Source: Rhizophagus irregularis (taxonomy: Eukaryota). Taken from it: a stretch of 64,000 nt of DNA. Each line of letters opens with the position of its first letter. The first letter of the stretch is position 1. Of this stretch, positions 20,807 to 36,225 are shown piece after piece. Under the pieces are notes generated by a model. That model was not told the DNA's origin and searched no databases. It saw only the letters and a program-made list of their open reading frames with translations. The stretch spans positions 4,712,001 through 4,776,000 of the forward strand of contig NC_089429.1 in NCBI RefSeq assembly GCF_026210795.1, read 5' to 3'. A program made the translations under genes and the position numbers.

Positions 20807-23800
20807 ATTGTCTGAATATAGTGCACGTGTGATCTTTCCTACATCTTCGAGATTTCGGACTATTTAAAAGTATTATTCCTTTTTAGCATTCGTTAGTGAT
20901 TTTATTTATTATTTCATCTGTTTTATCATATATATAAAATAAAAATTTCTTATGCTTAATCCATGAAATATTCTGGTGTTCCATCAACTAAGTAAATCAA
21001 AATTATGTACGATATCATATAAAAATTTACCTACTATTAGAGATTTTTCTATAATAAACTATAGTTTAAATTCACTTTTCCTATTAAAAAAACGATTTAT
21101 TCTCAAACTTTTATAACTCTAGATTCTTCTTAACAATTTTGTTTCAAATTTTTGCGAAAGTACTCTAAATATTTGTCTCTTTTCATAAAATAGATACTTT
21201 TTTTGAAAAAAAAAAGTCATTAACATTTCGAAAACAACAAATTAAACCTTCTAAACAAAGAAAAAAAAAAAATTTCACGCAAAAATCGCTCATTTCATTT
21301 TCTAAAGGTTATAATTTATTTATTTAAAATCATTTGTATTGCTCAAATGTCAATATAACATGAGTTATTTAATTTTAAAAGTTTTCGAATAATTTGATGT
21401 GAAGAAGAATCAACCGAGAGTTATGGAAGTGGATCATGCTATAAAAGCCTATTCGCGTAGTGCTATGCAGATGCTAGGACCAGATTATACCAACTCATCG
21501 ATATATAATTATACATGATTTCGGTGCAAATTTATATCGATCGCTATTAAATAATGCTCTTTATGTGAACCCATTCAAGACTTAACATATTTTAATATAT
21601 AATATTTATCCCAAAGTTTCAAATATTCTATTTTTAAACAATTTTATACTTTTATTGACGCCATGCCAAATCCCATTTTCTGACGCACTTTCAACTATTT
21701 TAGTTTAATTTATATATTAAAATTTGTTTAATAAATTGGAGTTTTATAGAAAACCAGAGACAATTATTGATGTTTAAAACGTATACTTGTATTAATGTAT
21801 GATAAGATATGAAATGGAAATCACTGTAAGTACAAGTAATGTGTGATAGTTAATATGGCACAAAAACAGTATATTGAATCAAATAGAATGAGGACTTGAG
21901 AATGCAAAAATATAACAAATATTACAAATATTAGATAAATTTATTAAATATCAGATATATTTATTTGTAACCATAAAATTAATAATTACAATAATAAAAT
22001 AATGCAATTAATACATTAATTAAAACTTATCTATCTAGTAAATATATATATTAAAATGCTTTTAATAAAATAATTGTATATAATCAACAGCTATTTTATT
22101 AATGAAATGTGCACCTGATTCGGAAACTTGCAGTGAACGTGCCCTCTTAATCGGGACGTACTCAATCAGAGTTGCAAGTAACCTGGCAAAAAGCCCCATC
22201 ATCATTACTTTAAATTTCAATCTCTTACTATTTAAACGAAATCAATCAGAATATAATTGGATCTCCCGAATAGAATCACGTGATAAAATGTCAAGATCAG
22301 TTGTTTCACGTGCTGATTCGTGATATGTACTTTAGATCGCGGCAACATTATTCCATTAGATAAGGTAATATGCATAAGGATTCCGTCTGGAATTTAAAAA
22401 TTTGCTTCAGTAATCACGTATTTATTTCATAATTGACCTATAAACTGAAGAAGATAAATTTGTTAACATATGTACACTCGGTTAAGCAAGTATCAAGCAT
22501 TATTATATAACGACCAGAAGCCAATAATTATTAGGATTAAAGCACGTAGTGATAATACCCTCAGCATAGGGGTGTTTGGCGAAATTAATGGTAAAAGGCG
22601 TTCGAAAATAATGGTAAACCCTATTTCTCCTCACTAAACGCCGTAGGCCTCATCGAATATTATCATGTTTGCGTATTAACCTCAAAGGTGTTACCCGTGT
22701 ATCCTATAATTGAAGACAACCAGGTATGAACAGATAAAATAATAGACACTCACACTATTTAAGAGTAGACCAGAAATTACGAGATAGTACTCAAATAGTA
22801 TTCTTACGGAGAACCAAATTGTTGAAATCCAAAACTTTTGAGGTGCAGCAACATTGATCAGGACCTCGAAATAGAAAGGGGAGCCTAATACCAGTTTAAA
22901 AAAGAACATTTTTCAAAAAATGATTTGTTGTCTCGTGACTTTTAATACACTGTATATCGCATCGCTATGTAATTGTTAATTACCTATATTAGTTTAATCG
23001 TGGATAACTAAAGATAATAAGGTACTGCAACCGGCCACGATGATCAAACAGGTCATAAACATTACATCAAACATAATTACTGCATAGTCGTAGAAAACCA
23101 CTAACTAATAGTTGATGTGGCCACGGCCTAAGAGAACTTTTTTCCAGTTCTGTACAAGGAAAATCTACGCTTAACGCCTTTCTTACCGTAACAGCATCGG
23201 TCACGCATAGCATCATGCTGCTCCAGCAAAAATACCTAAAAAATAAGAGATGAAAGTGGGAAAAAAAGAAATGAGGGAAGAAAATGATGAGGAAAAGAAA
23301 GAAAGCGAAGAGAATATGTGCGGAAAACAAAAGTATATATTTTCCATATAAAATAAGAAAACTTAAGAAATTTTAGAAAAGGGGAAGAGTAAAAAACTGG
23401 GAAGCTCTATTTTGTAGCTTCACTGGAAATAATAAGAGTGAGAGAGAAGGGAAGGAACGGAGGAAGAGAGGAAAGAACGAGAAAAAAAAGAAAGGAAGTG
23501 AAGGAGAGAAGAGTGAATAAATGAAAAAAAAAAATAAATAAAATTTTGGAGAAGCCTTTATGTAAATTTGGTTGCTCAATTCCATATCTGAGATTGAGAA
23601 ATGAGAACTAAACATGTGCAGCTGATCAATAAAAGAATAAGTCAGCTAGTCATCAACCGGTTAGTATCCAAAATAACAGTACTACTTCAATTTCTTGAAT
23701 GATAAAATATATTTTTAATATAAAACAAAATTTTAAACTATTTAATTAATTATATTTTATTTATAGATAGGTGATGCGCAATTTCTTGGTGATAGTGTAC

Positions 23801-26800
23801 TGTTTCTAATTAGTTACGGATTCCAGTTAATTAATAATAAAATTGTTGAACTTTTGGATGCAGTTAAAAAAGGGGTAAAACGTAATAAATACTGTGAAGG
23901 GTCCTAGGAATGGAACTAAGACAAACTAGGGGCTAATTAGTTTCGTTATAAAGTCTACTCGTTATCACGAATTTTTGTATACAAATATAATTACATCACG
24001 CTGCGTGATAGACCCACGTGACCATCATTTCTCCTAGAAGTCCTACTAGGCTTCGCGGGCAAATAATACGATTTATGAATGATAAAATATGATTTGATTT
24101 GCTTTTTTTAAAATATATTTTTTTCTTTTAATCGAATTATAATCTTTGAATAATATTTTAATTTAAATTTTTATATAAATAAATTTTACTTTGCAACGAT
24201 TCGCACGATAATCTTATTGCGGTAGTGGATTTATCTATTTTACTCATCTCGAATGAATTTTTTTAATGGGTTTAATAATATATCAATATGTAGTATGTAC
24301 ATGTGTATCACAGTATATGTGATTAAAAGTTTTATTAGGAATAATTAGCCACAAAAGATCAGTAGAAATATTTTTTGTCTAAAAGCCTAAAGACGCGAAA
24401 ATTCAAATCATAATTTTTTTTTAAAATTATAATAAGACCAAAAAAAAAAATATTAATATTCCATAATTGTTAAAATTCAAATAAAAATTCACTTTGAAAA
24501 AGACAACTACTTTTACTCTTAAATAAAAAAGGGGCGTATCACTTTACTCATCTTGGTTCTCTTATCAATTCTCACTCTTATTACCATAACCGGATCGGTA
24601 ATTCCTTTCAACATTTCAATCCAAAGAATCTATTTAATACAAGTGCACAATGTTACTCAAGAATTCGGTGAAACTTCAACTCACTTATTTGAACCAATCT
24701 GTTTCTTACCTGAAGAAGTCGAAAAATCTTAATCTCGAATGGAAGTTCCCAAACACCATTTACATGTCGTTATCATCAAATATTTTAAATATGGCAAAAA
24801 TTGTGCTACAATTAAACCTTGTATTAAAAAATGTATTGCGGATTGTTCATGATTTATTCCTATGTATCACTTGCTCATGTACCGTACACACATATTTACA
24901 AGATTTTTTTATATACAAATATGTATATATTTCGTCGCGAATAAATATGTAATAATTTTAAAATTTATAAAATAGCACGTGAGACGTGAGTGACGTGTCA
25001 CTCAAAATTTTTAATAAATCATCAAATTTTCTTCTTAGCTGTTAACAAAAATTTATTATTCATAAATAATGAAACCTGTTTTAATAAAAGAAAAAACATT
25101 CTCATTTCGATATTTGTTATTACGGAATATAATAAATAAAATTCACCGGTTTCTTAAATAAATAAATAGATGATAGGATGATAGGATAATAGGATAATAA
25201 TCAATAAATTGTAAGAATCAAAAGTTCAGGGAGTTAGGATAGTCAGATATTTATTATGTGATATACAGTATATATATATATATATGCAAAATTTAACTTA
25301 TCGATTATTCAGCCAGAAACAAATATCAATAAAAAATTGATGGATTATTCAATAAACTGGCCGGGTATCTTGCGGATTGTCATTTGTTTTATATACAGCC
25401 AACTCTTTCTAATAACTAATTTAATATAACGAATCACATACGTCAAAATCCCACGATATTGAACCAACCAATTAAATTCTCGTTATAAAATTATAACGAA
25501 TTTGAAGCGCAGGACGGTTACTTCTTTTAAGAAGAGTTGACTGTAATTCGTTAATTATCCAAAATTCTATTCTTCTAATATTTTTTTTTTACTGATTTAC
25601 TATGTATGGGTTTGAAATTGATAAAATTTTCATATAATGTTTTATTATTTTCTTGATATTTTCTAGATATTTTCGGTGTATTTTCAATATATTTTACCTG
25701 AATATTGTCCCCCAAAAAATTGCTTTATGGTTTTTGTGTTTTGTATTTTAGTATTGTGTTTTGTGTATTTGTATTTTTCTTTTGTTCGGAAAATGTACAG
25801 GTAATATGTGAAAAATATACTGAAATGTCCAGATTTCACATGATGGTCAATATTAACTTCCCAAATGAAATTATGTAAAACCTTATTTAAATTAAACAAT
25901 TAGACAAAAGATTAGTTACATCTTAAAAGTGGTGAGGTTAGCTTGCAAAACTTGATGCATTTACGTTTAATTTCATAATATTTGATCAATACGGTAGTAT
26001 TTTTATTCTAATAATACATCCTCCTCATATTTTTGTGTTCTTCAAATTCTTTGTCAAGGCTTATTTTTTTAAACATCCGTTATATAATTAGGAAGTTTTT
26101 TTTTTTATTCTGATACAAAAATATTCAAGAGCGAAGCGTGTCATCATATCCGATAAGATTGATCAGAATAAGTCGTACAAGAATAATTTGAGCTTTTGTG
26201 TTTACTCCATTAAAACATGCAAAATCAGCTGGCCGCTATCATGATATTGAACTATTCAAGTTCTCTTTCGCAATGAGTTTGTTAGGATAAAGCATATTCA
26301 TGTTCCTTTGCCTTTATGAAAAATCCTTGAAGTAAAATTTACAAGTTTGTGATAAAATAATTTTTCTTAATATATAAAATTATGTACGTGAATATCCTAA
26401 TTTAAAGATTTTTTTCTTAAAAAAATAGGTAAAATAACCAGCTGTTTAACTATGGTTCTTCAATTTCATCTAAAGTAAAGATGCCGTAATCCAAAAAAAT
26501 TTTGGAGGAATAGTATTATGTAAGTTGATGCATTGTGATCACATATTCATCACAAGATTATGCAACGTAAGTTTCTGAACGTGATGATGATTACATCTTG
26601 TTTGATTTGTTTCATCAATAGTAACTTCATGTTCTTATGTTCATTACGTAATTCTAAATTAGTCCGGTAATAATTCTCCATTATAAAATATTTAGAAATT
26701 TAGAAATTTCGTACAGGCCATTGGCCAACGCGTTTTCTAGACCGTGTCCCAAATTTGGAAAGATTTTTATTTCTTAAAATGAAAAAATTTATGTTAGGAT

Positions 26801-29761
26801 TTGATTATTTTTTTTTTATGATGGTTACAATCTCATCTAGACATGTACAGTATTTATAATATTACCAGAGTATGTGGTGCGATGAAAATTTTCCAATAAT
26901 TGGAACTGAAGCTGCTGATACTTTAACTCGATCTTCACGCAATTGTGAGCACACTTGGACTTAGAGCAGGTTTATTTGTGATTTATAAGAGTAAATACGT
27001 TAAAAAGTATGAGGATAAGTCTATTAATTATCTAATTTAGAATTATTATTTTTTTTTTTTGAAAAGAGTCGCGAATTTGCATCAGGATCTGTTGCAGCTT
27101 TGACCATGTCTTTTTATAGCGATGTAAAATTCAATAGAGGCTTATAATCTTACATTTAATATATCTAACAGGGTATCTTGCGTCTGGTGCATCTGAGGTG
27201 AGGATATAAAGTAGATGGCATATTATTTGTATATGTTATTCTAACGCTATTAATCATCCATCCGCCCATCTGAAGAAAATTATTGAAAATTTCTCGAAAT
27301 AATTAAGTAATCATTTAAACATTTAGTTATTGATATGATTTTTTTCAAATTAAAATTCTCAAGTTCAATTATTTTAATTCTCATAATCATATTTAGGAAA
27401 ATCTAAATGGATTATTTACGTGATGGACATATCAACCCCTGAATTTCCTTTGATTTAATTATCAAGGGTTATTGTTGATCCTTTTATTTCTCAATAATTA
27501 GATATTAGACTTTTAGTATTAACTATTCAAATAGTTTCCCCCCATTTTACATTCTTATATTCTTTGTTATCCTATTTTATGATGATTTATTGAATTATAG
27601 GATTGTTATTATTAACATATTTTTATTTTATTTTATTTTATTTTTTATTTTATATTATATTACTCTTTTTTTTAGTTATTAGAAAATCTTTTATTTTTTT
27701 AAAATTATTAAAATTATTAATTTATTTTTAGTTTTAATTATTAAATATTTTTATATTTATAGAATTTTATCTTAATTTTGTGAAATGACTATAGATGTAT
27801 AGCTTGAAGAATTTACAAAAAAATTACTTTTTTTCAATACTGTATTAACTCAATCTTTGATTTACCTTTGATGTAACAATAGTTCAATTATTTGATAAAT
27901 TTTTTAATAACATTGTAATTATATTTATAAACTGCAATTTTTAAATATCCGGAAAAAATTCCAATTGATCCGTCCGGCATAAGTCAAAAAAATCTCTAAT
28001 ATTAAATTTTTATATGATATCGTACATAATTTTGATTTACTTAGTTAATGGAACACTCCAATGAAATATGGGCGATTTGTGAGTGGCGCAGAAATATTTA
28101 TTCAAACATGTGATACACACGTGCAGTTACAATTCTTGTACCCGTTATACGCTTTCCACGCTTTCCAGAACTCTAATACATTACAGTCTTCAATCGATAA
28201 AAATATTCTATTTTTGTAAGTACGAAAACGAAGATATAATCCCATTTAAAAATGAATCTAAAATTAACTGTGCCGAGACGTAAAAAAGAGCAGATGACCA
28301 AACCACTTGCAGAATCAACTTGCTGGTAGTTGAATTAGAGAGAAATTAGTTATTCCGTCTATAGTTGAGTTGAGTCCTCTCCATTTTATCTTATAGGTCT
28401 GTGGTCCCGTTACGTTACATTTCCATTGACTGATAGATACGGAAACCAAGTAATTAGTCTTTCTAATCTTGCTGGCAAGTTTTCGAATCCCTCCTCTTGG
28501 ATAACTTCCAATAATTTTTCGTATGAAACATCTGTTCTTAACTTTCCTTTTTTGAATAGAGTCTTATGATAATTTCGCATAAAATTTTGTAACAGTCAAA
28601 ATACAGCGAAAAAGTTCTGATAACAAAATCGAATTGATTTATCATTCCCATTTTAATAAAACCTATGTTTCTAGAGAACCTGATGCCCTTAAATTTTTTA
28701 TTCGCAGCTTATTGAACGTGATAAACCATGGAGACCTTCGGATTCACTACAAATCCAACACATTACTTAGAAGACAAATTCTAGGTCATATCAAAAACAT
28801 CAAATTCTTCTGGTGGTAAAGAAAAACCCGAGAGATTATAAAATTTCTCATCAAATTACATATTATTAATCAAGTTTTCATTTTGAAATATCAAAATTTT
28901 CATATTGTGATATTTTGTAATATAATTATTATTCGACCAACCATTTTTATTTCGTGTTAAGTTAAAAATATAATATATCTTATTGTTTTGCAACTCAACG
29001 AGGATAAAACATGAAAAATTAGCAAGAGAAAAAATGCTAGTGGCGTGACTCGTGAGTTTCAAGCGGGGCAAATAAGATTTATAACGTGAGTTAAGAACAT
29101 GAATGCATCTAGATTCACAGATTTCGTTAAGGACTGAAAGATATTTCTATCGTATTTTACTTTATTTCGTATATGGATAACAGAGTAGTAATGGATCGAT
29201 TCTTATCAATCATGCACACTAATATTCTGATCTTTTGAGAGCATGCGCATTAGCAATTTAGAGGTGAAATCTTAATCCATGATCGTTAAGTTGGATTGTC
29301 AATAAAGATCCTTGATTTTGCAATTATCATTGCGGTCCATTAGTGAATAAATAGATGCGTCAAAAATACGCAATAATTTCGGGACACTCGTTCCAATGAT
29401 TTATAAAATTTTGGGATATTATTTTTTTGCTTCATTTAGACCTGATCATCTTTTCTCATAATTATTCGAAAAAAGAAACATACTTACCCTGTTTACGAGA
29501 ATAGGACAGGAGGAGGTAAAACAAAAAAAATGTGAGATTTTATACCATTTTGCAAAGAGTAGGAGATCCAAAATTTATTTTTTATAAATAGGCTATAATG
29601 AAATATGCTAAGAATTAACTATTATCAAATAGAACAATGCAGAAAATATTAAATTTTTACATTATCTGCTTAATATAATCATTATAAACTTGAGCCAATA
29701 CGCTTTATAGCTCTTGCTTGTTCTTGGAAAATTAAACTTAATAAGATTGAGGAGCAAACGA

Positions 29762-30243
29762 TCAATCAAAAACACCTAACCGTTCAGAAACTTCGAATGT
29801 ATTGGCTCTGCGAAATTCAATAACAAAAACTCGTCCAACAGGAGCATCTTGTTTACCCGTCCTATAATTGCTAAAATTCAGAAATAATTGATGGATAGCA
29901 TCATCCATCGCTTGTAGTTGATTGAATGCGAAAACAGCATCTGATTGCGGTTGATGTGTGAGGTTTGGAAACGGAATGTTTGGATAACCAGCCGTCCCTC
30001 TGACCACTAAAAAAAAAATAAACTTAAAACTCTTGAAAGAGATAATATAATATTTATGATCATACCATTTCCAATATCTTGCTCTGTCATCTGACGATCC
30101 CTCAGACCCTGTTGGTTATATTCAATAACCAATAATGGATCAGAATAATCTTCATCGATACCTTGATGTCTTTTTTGAATGATGTCAGCCCATATATTAA
30201 GAACTCTTTTTGTTTCGTCGCTAAATTTATCTGGAAATTTCAT
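29762..30243 (-). CDS. Hypothetical 140-aa protein, two exons
   Basis: ORFs 30007-30243 and 29762-30007 join in frame through a 59-bp GTATGA...TTTTAG intron (30065-30007): ...QDIGN|VVRGTAGYP... Confidence 0.7.
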
Positions 30244-32155
30244 CTTCTCTTTTCTTTTTTGTAAGAGATTTTTTGTTTTGTGAGTATTAATTTTTTAAAG
30301 TATTGAATACAAAAAGAATACAATTTTACCTGATCCACTTGTATAATTAGTAACCTAAAGTGAATGTAATAATATGAAGAGCCCAAATTGAACTTGATAA
30401 GGTTCCAAAGAAGAAGTATGCAGTAAGAAACGTCAATAACAAAAAGAATATAATTGGTGAACAGCAGCAAAAAGTAAACAATATCCTATTTTTTTTAGTC
30501 ATTCTGGATATATTATTGAATAAAAAATTTTATTGTACAGTAAATCTGATCTGTTTTTTTGTAATATATACATAAGAATGAGCATTCTTACCCCTCCGTG
30601 GATGTCCAGTTTTATAAAAAAATATCGAGTGATGTGTTAAACTATAACGAAGATAATTAATTTGATTAATGTAATGATTAATCGAATAATAATGGTGGCT
30701 TAGTAGCAAAGCCAATTTTATCTCAGGATCTGATTAGCCGATCATCTCGTGATTTTGATGAGTTGATAATTAATTTGATTAAAGTAATGATTAATTGAAT
30801 AATAATGGTGGCTTAGTTGCGATCAAGGGAGATGGAATCTGATTAGCCGTGATTTGAGGGATCTCTGTGGTAGTGCCGTGTGATCATTAATTTCCCGTGA
30901 TACAAATTTTTTTGTGAATATATAATGATCTCGGAACTAATTTAACCAATTCATGATGTCAGGAAAATAAGTGTTGGGGAAATTTGAATCATGATATTCT
31001 CTTGTATAAGTTGATAAAGAATCGCTATAATTCGTTAAAAGCTTTATATATCGATAAATTCACTAAAAATCGCTTATTATTTACTAAAATGTCAGAGGTT
31101 ACTTCAAATAGCGTTATTAACATCAATATAATTATTCAATGGCGACTACCTAAGCCTATCAATAACCGCCCTTGGATATGATATGAATTATTATAGAGAA
31201 TATCTTGGAAATTACTCTATTATTAGTGATACTCTATGACAAACTATCAACAATGGGAAAGAGGAAGTCTCCAGTGCAATGGAGATTACGAGTTAAAACT
31301 ACTCTTCAATATTTATTATTATGAAAAGAATATAACATATACTATCGTTTCTGATTGTTTGCAGGATTTGGTGAAGGCAAGTTTAACGAATTATTTCATT
31401 CTTGTGACCGTAAATTCTGAGACCAGCGAAAAGTCATCCCGATTAATAAAAAATAAAAAACAGTGCGGACATGCTTTTTATCACCTGCCGATCATTTAGC
31501 GCTCAATAATTAACTTCAACTACTATAAAACTTGGCCATTAATTCTTGGATTTGGTTAAAAAAATTATATATAAAAGATTAAAATAAAATAAATTTATAA
31601 GTAAAATTTGAAGATACATTGATATCTGGAATTTTCGATTGGAGTAAAATTAATGGACATATGGATTATGTGGTAAAATCAAATAATCACACTAAAAAAA
31701 TTATGACAGTATATGAATATGCTTAGCAGAAGTTTAAAACTTTGTATAGATATTCTTTACATTTGTCGCTCATAATACAGGTTTTTTACTTGTAAAGAAT
31801 TCAACTAATTATAATATTTGCTTATTTAAAATTAAAAGGTAGTTACTTATGAAAGTTGGCCAATAATGATTTGATTTGTATAAAAATCTATTTATTTAAA
31901 ATTTGGTATAAAATAAATTTTTCAGTAATTTTCAGTAATATTTTGAAATATGAAATTTTTCAACGACGGATCATAGCAAATCACATGCTCAAAAATCACG
32001 TGCCGGGCTGAAGATGAAGGCGTTAGGCGTAACTAAAATTCATGTACAAGGTTTAGTGGTTTAGTACAACATAGTACAGAATATAGGTTCTTTTATAATC
32101 CAAAAATAGGATTGGGGTAATTTTTCAAAAAAAAAAAAAAATTTTTTTAAAAAAA

Positions 32156-33553
32156 ATGACAAGAGGATATTCATTAGAACAAGATTTAAGATTATTAATA
32201 AATAATCCAAAGTATAGTGACATAGAAATTTTATGTGAAGATGAAAAGAAATTACATGGTTGTAGAGCAATTTTAGCAGCAAGGTCCGAAGTATTTGATA
32301 GACTACTTTATAATGGAATGAAAGAAAGTTATGATAATCAAATATCTCTTCCAAAGGTCAATTCCGCTGGAATGGAAATTATATTAGAATATATTTATAC
32401 AGGTTCAGTTAAAGAAGAATCTTTAACAAAAAATAATACAATTGAAGCTTTTTACGCTGCTGATTATTTTCAGTTATTAGACCTTCAGGATTGTATTACA
32501 AAAATAGTTAAGAATACTAATTTAGTTAAAAATTTTTCGCCGGAATTATTATCTAAAGTTTCAGAAAAAATGCCATTAACAGAAGATAATAAACTTCTCA
32601 ATTTATTGGTTGAAGCAGTCTCAATTATTCCATTAAACAATATTGAACTTGGCAGATTGTCTATTACGGGTCTTAAATATCTTTTATCTATTACACATGA
32701 AAAAGAAATGTCTTTTGCAACTCGGGAGTATGAAGTTTTTCGGTATAGTGCAATGCTAGCAGCAAAACAAGTTTCTAATGATGCATATAAAACTCTTAAG
32801 GAACTACTGCCAACTTTAGAACAAGTAGAGAATTCAATCAAAGTAGGAAATAAGTTTATTACCGATCGGCAAAAAGTTGCTAAAGAATTAGAACCTTTGG
32901 TTAAATTTATTGATTTCAGAAGAATTAAAATTCAGATATTATCCGACTTTATTGAGCCATTAGAAATTATTATCCCAGATAAAATAATTTCTGATGCTTA
33001 TCGATATGTAGCATTATTAAATAATTTAAGTTTGTGTGATATTCGTGGAAAACCAATTTATGAACCCAGTTATGTTTTTGATGAGACAGCAAGTGGATCA
33101 AAACTTATTGTTGAAGATAATGGAAAAATTGTGCATGCACCAAATGGTGTCGGTCATCAAAATGTTAGAACTAAAATAGCATTAGAAAATAAAGGTATTT
33201 TTGAATGGGATGTAATTATTGAGAAAACTTGTACGTGGGGTTGGGTTGGAGTATGTGCGTCAAAAAATTTAAATTATGAAAGCTTTGCAGGATTTCAACC
33301 TACTGGATGGACATTAGGTTCCAATGGTGAGTGTTATAATTCTCATAAAGCAGTAAAGTACTGTCCTCCATTTGGTGATGGCACAATAATCACAGTCCAT
33401 TTAGATATGAATAAAAGAACCTGCGCTTTTACAGTCAATGTTACAAAGTATCAGGAAGTATCAGAATGGAATAATTTACCACCAAAACTTTATCCAGTCG
33501 TATCATTGTGTCATCCTGGTCGTTTTCGAATTCAACCTCATCAAAAAAATTAG
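32156..33553 (+). CDS. BTB/POZ + SPRY domain protein
   Basis: 465-aa intact paralogue with the same motifs as 10088-11494. Confidence 0.93.
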   Translation: MTRGYSLEQDLRLLINNPKYSDIEILCEDEKKLHGCRAILAARSEVFDRLLYNGMKESYDNQISLPKVNSAGMEIILEYIYTGSVKEESLTKNNTIEAFYAADYFQLLDLQDCITKIVKNTNLVKNFSPELLSKVSEKMPLTEDNKLLNLLVEAVSIIPLNNIELGRLSITGLKYLLSITHEKEMSFATREYEVFRYSAMLAAKQVSNDAYKTLKELLPTLEQVENSIKVGNKFITDRQKVAKELEPLVKFIDFRRIKIQILSDFIEPLEIIIPDKIISDAYRYVALLNNLSLCDIRGKPIYEPSYVFDETASGSKLIVEDNGKIVHAPNGVGHQNVRTKIALENKGIFEWDVIIEKTCTWGWVGVCASKNLNYESFAGFQPTGWTLGSNGECYNSHKAVKYCPPFGDGTIITVHLDMNKRTCAFTVNVTKYQEVSEWNNLPPKLYPVVSLCHPGRFRIQPHQKN

Positions 33554-35904
33554 AATATTTATTACAAATTTTATTTATTATATGTATAACTTTTTTTTTA
33601 ACTTTTTTGAATAAATTATTTATGAATTACACTCTGTACTAATTAAATTCAGTTGTTAAACAAAAAAGTAAAATTTTTATATTCTCGTAACATTAAACTT
33701 ATTTATACTAGTACTTGATGTAGAAAGAATTGTATCGAGCTTCATTTTTTATTGAGTGATTTAATTAATTGAAAGTAAGCTTATTTAGAATATTCAATAA
33801 ATATAATAAATGTATCGATTGTACTTTTAAAATCACGAAGATATTCATTTTATTAAATTGCTTTCGAAAGATCGATATGAATGGTTATAAGAATCTAAAA
33901 ATTTACACTTCGTTACGATCGTATCACGTAATAAATTATCAATCTTCTTGATTAAAATAATTATTTTCCTAATAAATAATGCAGTTAAGATATTTCTTTT
34001 TTCCATGTTTTTCTAAAATTTTTGATACATATTAAATAAGTCGTTGATTAAAGAAAAAAAAAATTTTCCAAAGAAAGATATTAATTAGAACTGAGTTTGA
34101 AGTTATTAACAAATATATTGTAGCGATATAGAAAATTTCATGTGAAGATGAAAAAGATATTATGAAATTAATGTGGTCGTAGAACATTTTAGCAGTGTTT
34201 GGTTGGGGTAATTTCTTTTCCAAGTATGAGTATGATTCCGCTAGAATGGATTATGCTGGTATATACTAACTATAAAGAATGATTGTTCGAATATTTATAC
34301 ATAATAAACAAAAACTATACGCCATTAACATTTTCATTTTTTGATCTCTTAGATTTTATACCAACACATTTAAAGTCATTGAGAAGAAGAATAATTAAAT
34401 AGCTAATATGATGCTGCAAGTTATTCTTTATGATGAAGACCCATTAAATACATTAAAAAAATTTTGAATTATTATATGATAAAGAAAATAAAATTATAAA
34501 TCAGTAACCTTAATATATTCTATTAAACTTTTAATTATTTAACCAAGTCATCATAATTCTTTGATTTATGTATGTTTAAACGTTTCTTAATACAGTATAC
34601 TAACGTATAATTAAACATACTAAATTTGATTAACGTTACCCCTGTAATTACAAAAGCGGGATGCAATTTTTCTATGGCATGCTATAATTTCTTTAGGTAG
34701 GTGTGCTTGAGTATTCTGTATTAATATTCTATAGTTAACTTAAAAATATAATATCGTTATTTGAAAGATAGTCATATCCTAAACTTGTTCGTTATTTCAA
34801 CCCATTTTTAATTTTCGGTGTTCGTAATTGTAAAGTACCGATTTTCTTTTGGTAAATGTTTTACAAATTTTAAAAAAGATTCTTTTTAATAAAGAAATAA
34901 ATGTATAAAATCGATTAATAGGATTCTATTCAAATATAAAACCAATAAACTCACCGTGTGACTTCATAACAGCTGTGGTTGTGACCGAAGACTAAGAAAT
35001 ATTTCATCTCACGGGAAGCTGTTAAAAAAATTGGCACTTGATTTAGAATAGATTTTGTTTAGAGATAAGTTACCAAGTTCTCTTGGCTAATAAAATTTGC
35101 CAAGTGTTCTATGACTCAAAATTTACCGTAACCTAAGTATTACCAATAATTTTATTATATTATATTTTAATAGAGTACATGAATAATACAGTGTAATTAA
35201 TCACTTAATAACTTTTCATTCGATAAAAATTATTAATTAAATAATTTAACCAATAAGAAGTTTTGATAGGTTTCATTTCGGTGATTTTGGAAATCTAGAA
35301 ATTCGGAAAAACAATTTCGCCAAGTTTCATAGGTTTCTTACAACACTAGTTACGCGTAAAATTCAGAATAACACAAGTATATTTTTATTTATTTAACATA
35401 ATTTGAAAATTTATTTTTATTAATACATTTTATTTTGTTGAATGTAGATTACATCACGTTATAAATTAATTTATATTGACGCTGGCGGCTTGCATTATTT
35501 TGTATATTCACTTACATAAGTAGTAATTAAGCATTACTTTCTCAAGATATCGACCATTTAAACTAAACTAGTAGTATTAAAGTGCAGAACAGAACGTCTG
35601 GGTCGACGCTCATTTAATAATAAAACATGTCGTACCCTTTCTAATATCGTTTGAAAGAGTTTCTAACGACATAGATAAAGTTTACTATTAAAATATAATA
35701 CTTTTTATTTTTTATAGTTGCATAAACCAAGAATTAATATTTTTTAGTTGCATGAAAATGACTTTAACGTTCAATCATTATGAAGGCGCAGTTAGAATTA
35801 TGATACAAGAATTATGATACATACCACTTTCAGTTTAGTACAACATATAGAATATATAAATTTAATTCAAAAATAGAATCATTAAAAAAATATTTCAATT
35901 TTAA

Positions 35905-36225
35905 ATGACGAGGATATTAGATATAAGCTTATTAATAAATAATCCAAAATATAGCGACGTAGAAATTTATGTAAAGATGAAAAGAAATTATATGGTTGTA
36001 AACAATTTAGCAGCAAGTTTCGAAGTATTTGTTAGATTATTTTATAACGGGATGAAAGGAAGTCAAAGATTAATTCCGTTAGAATGGAAATTACAATATT
36101 AGAATAAATACATTTATACGGGATCAGAACCTTTATCGAAAGCCTGATAATACAATTGAAGCTTTTTACGCTGCTGATTATTTTCAATTATCAGACTTCG
36201 GGATTTTATTACAAAGTCAATTAAA
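35905..36225 (+). pseudogene. BTB-SPRY 5' fragment
   Basis: MTR...LLINNPKYSDVEI, frameshifted, ending after EAFYAADYFQLSD. Preceded by the family promoter motif. Confidence 0.85.

Noticed and set aside
24545..24790. Possible Crinkler-like HLHVVI motif
   Set aside because: A single short motif with an in-frame stop and no LFLAK-type start; insufficient evidence.
28290..28850. GC-richer minus-strand coding-like segment, also checked for tRNA
   Set aside because: No cloverleaf, interrupted frames, and no identifiable family.
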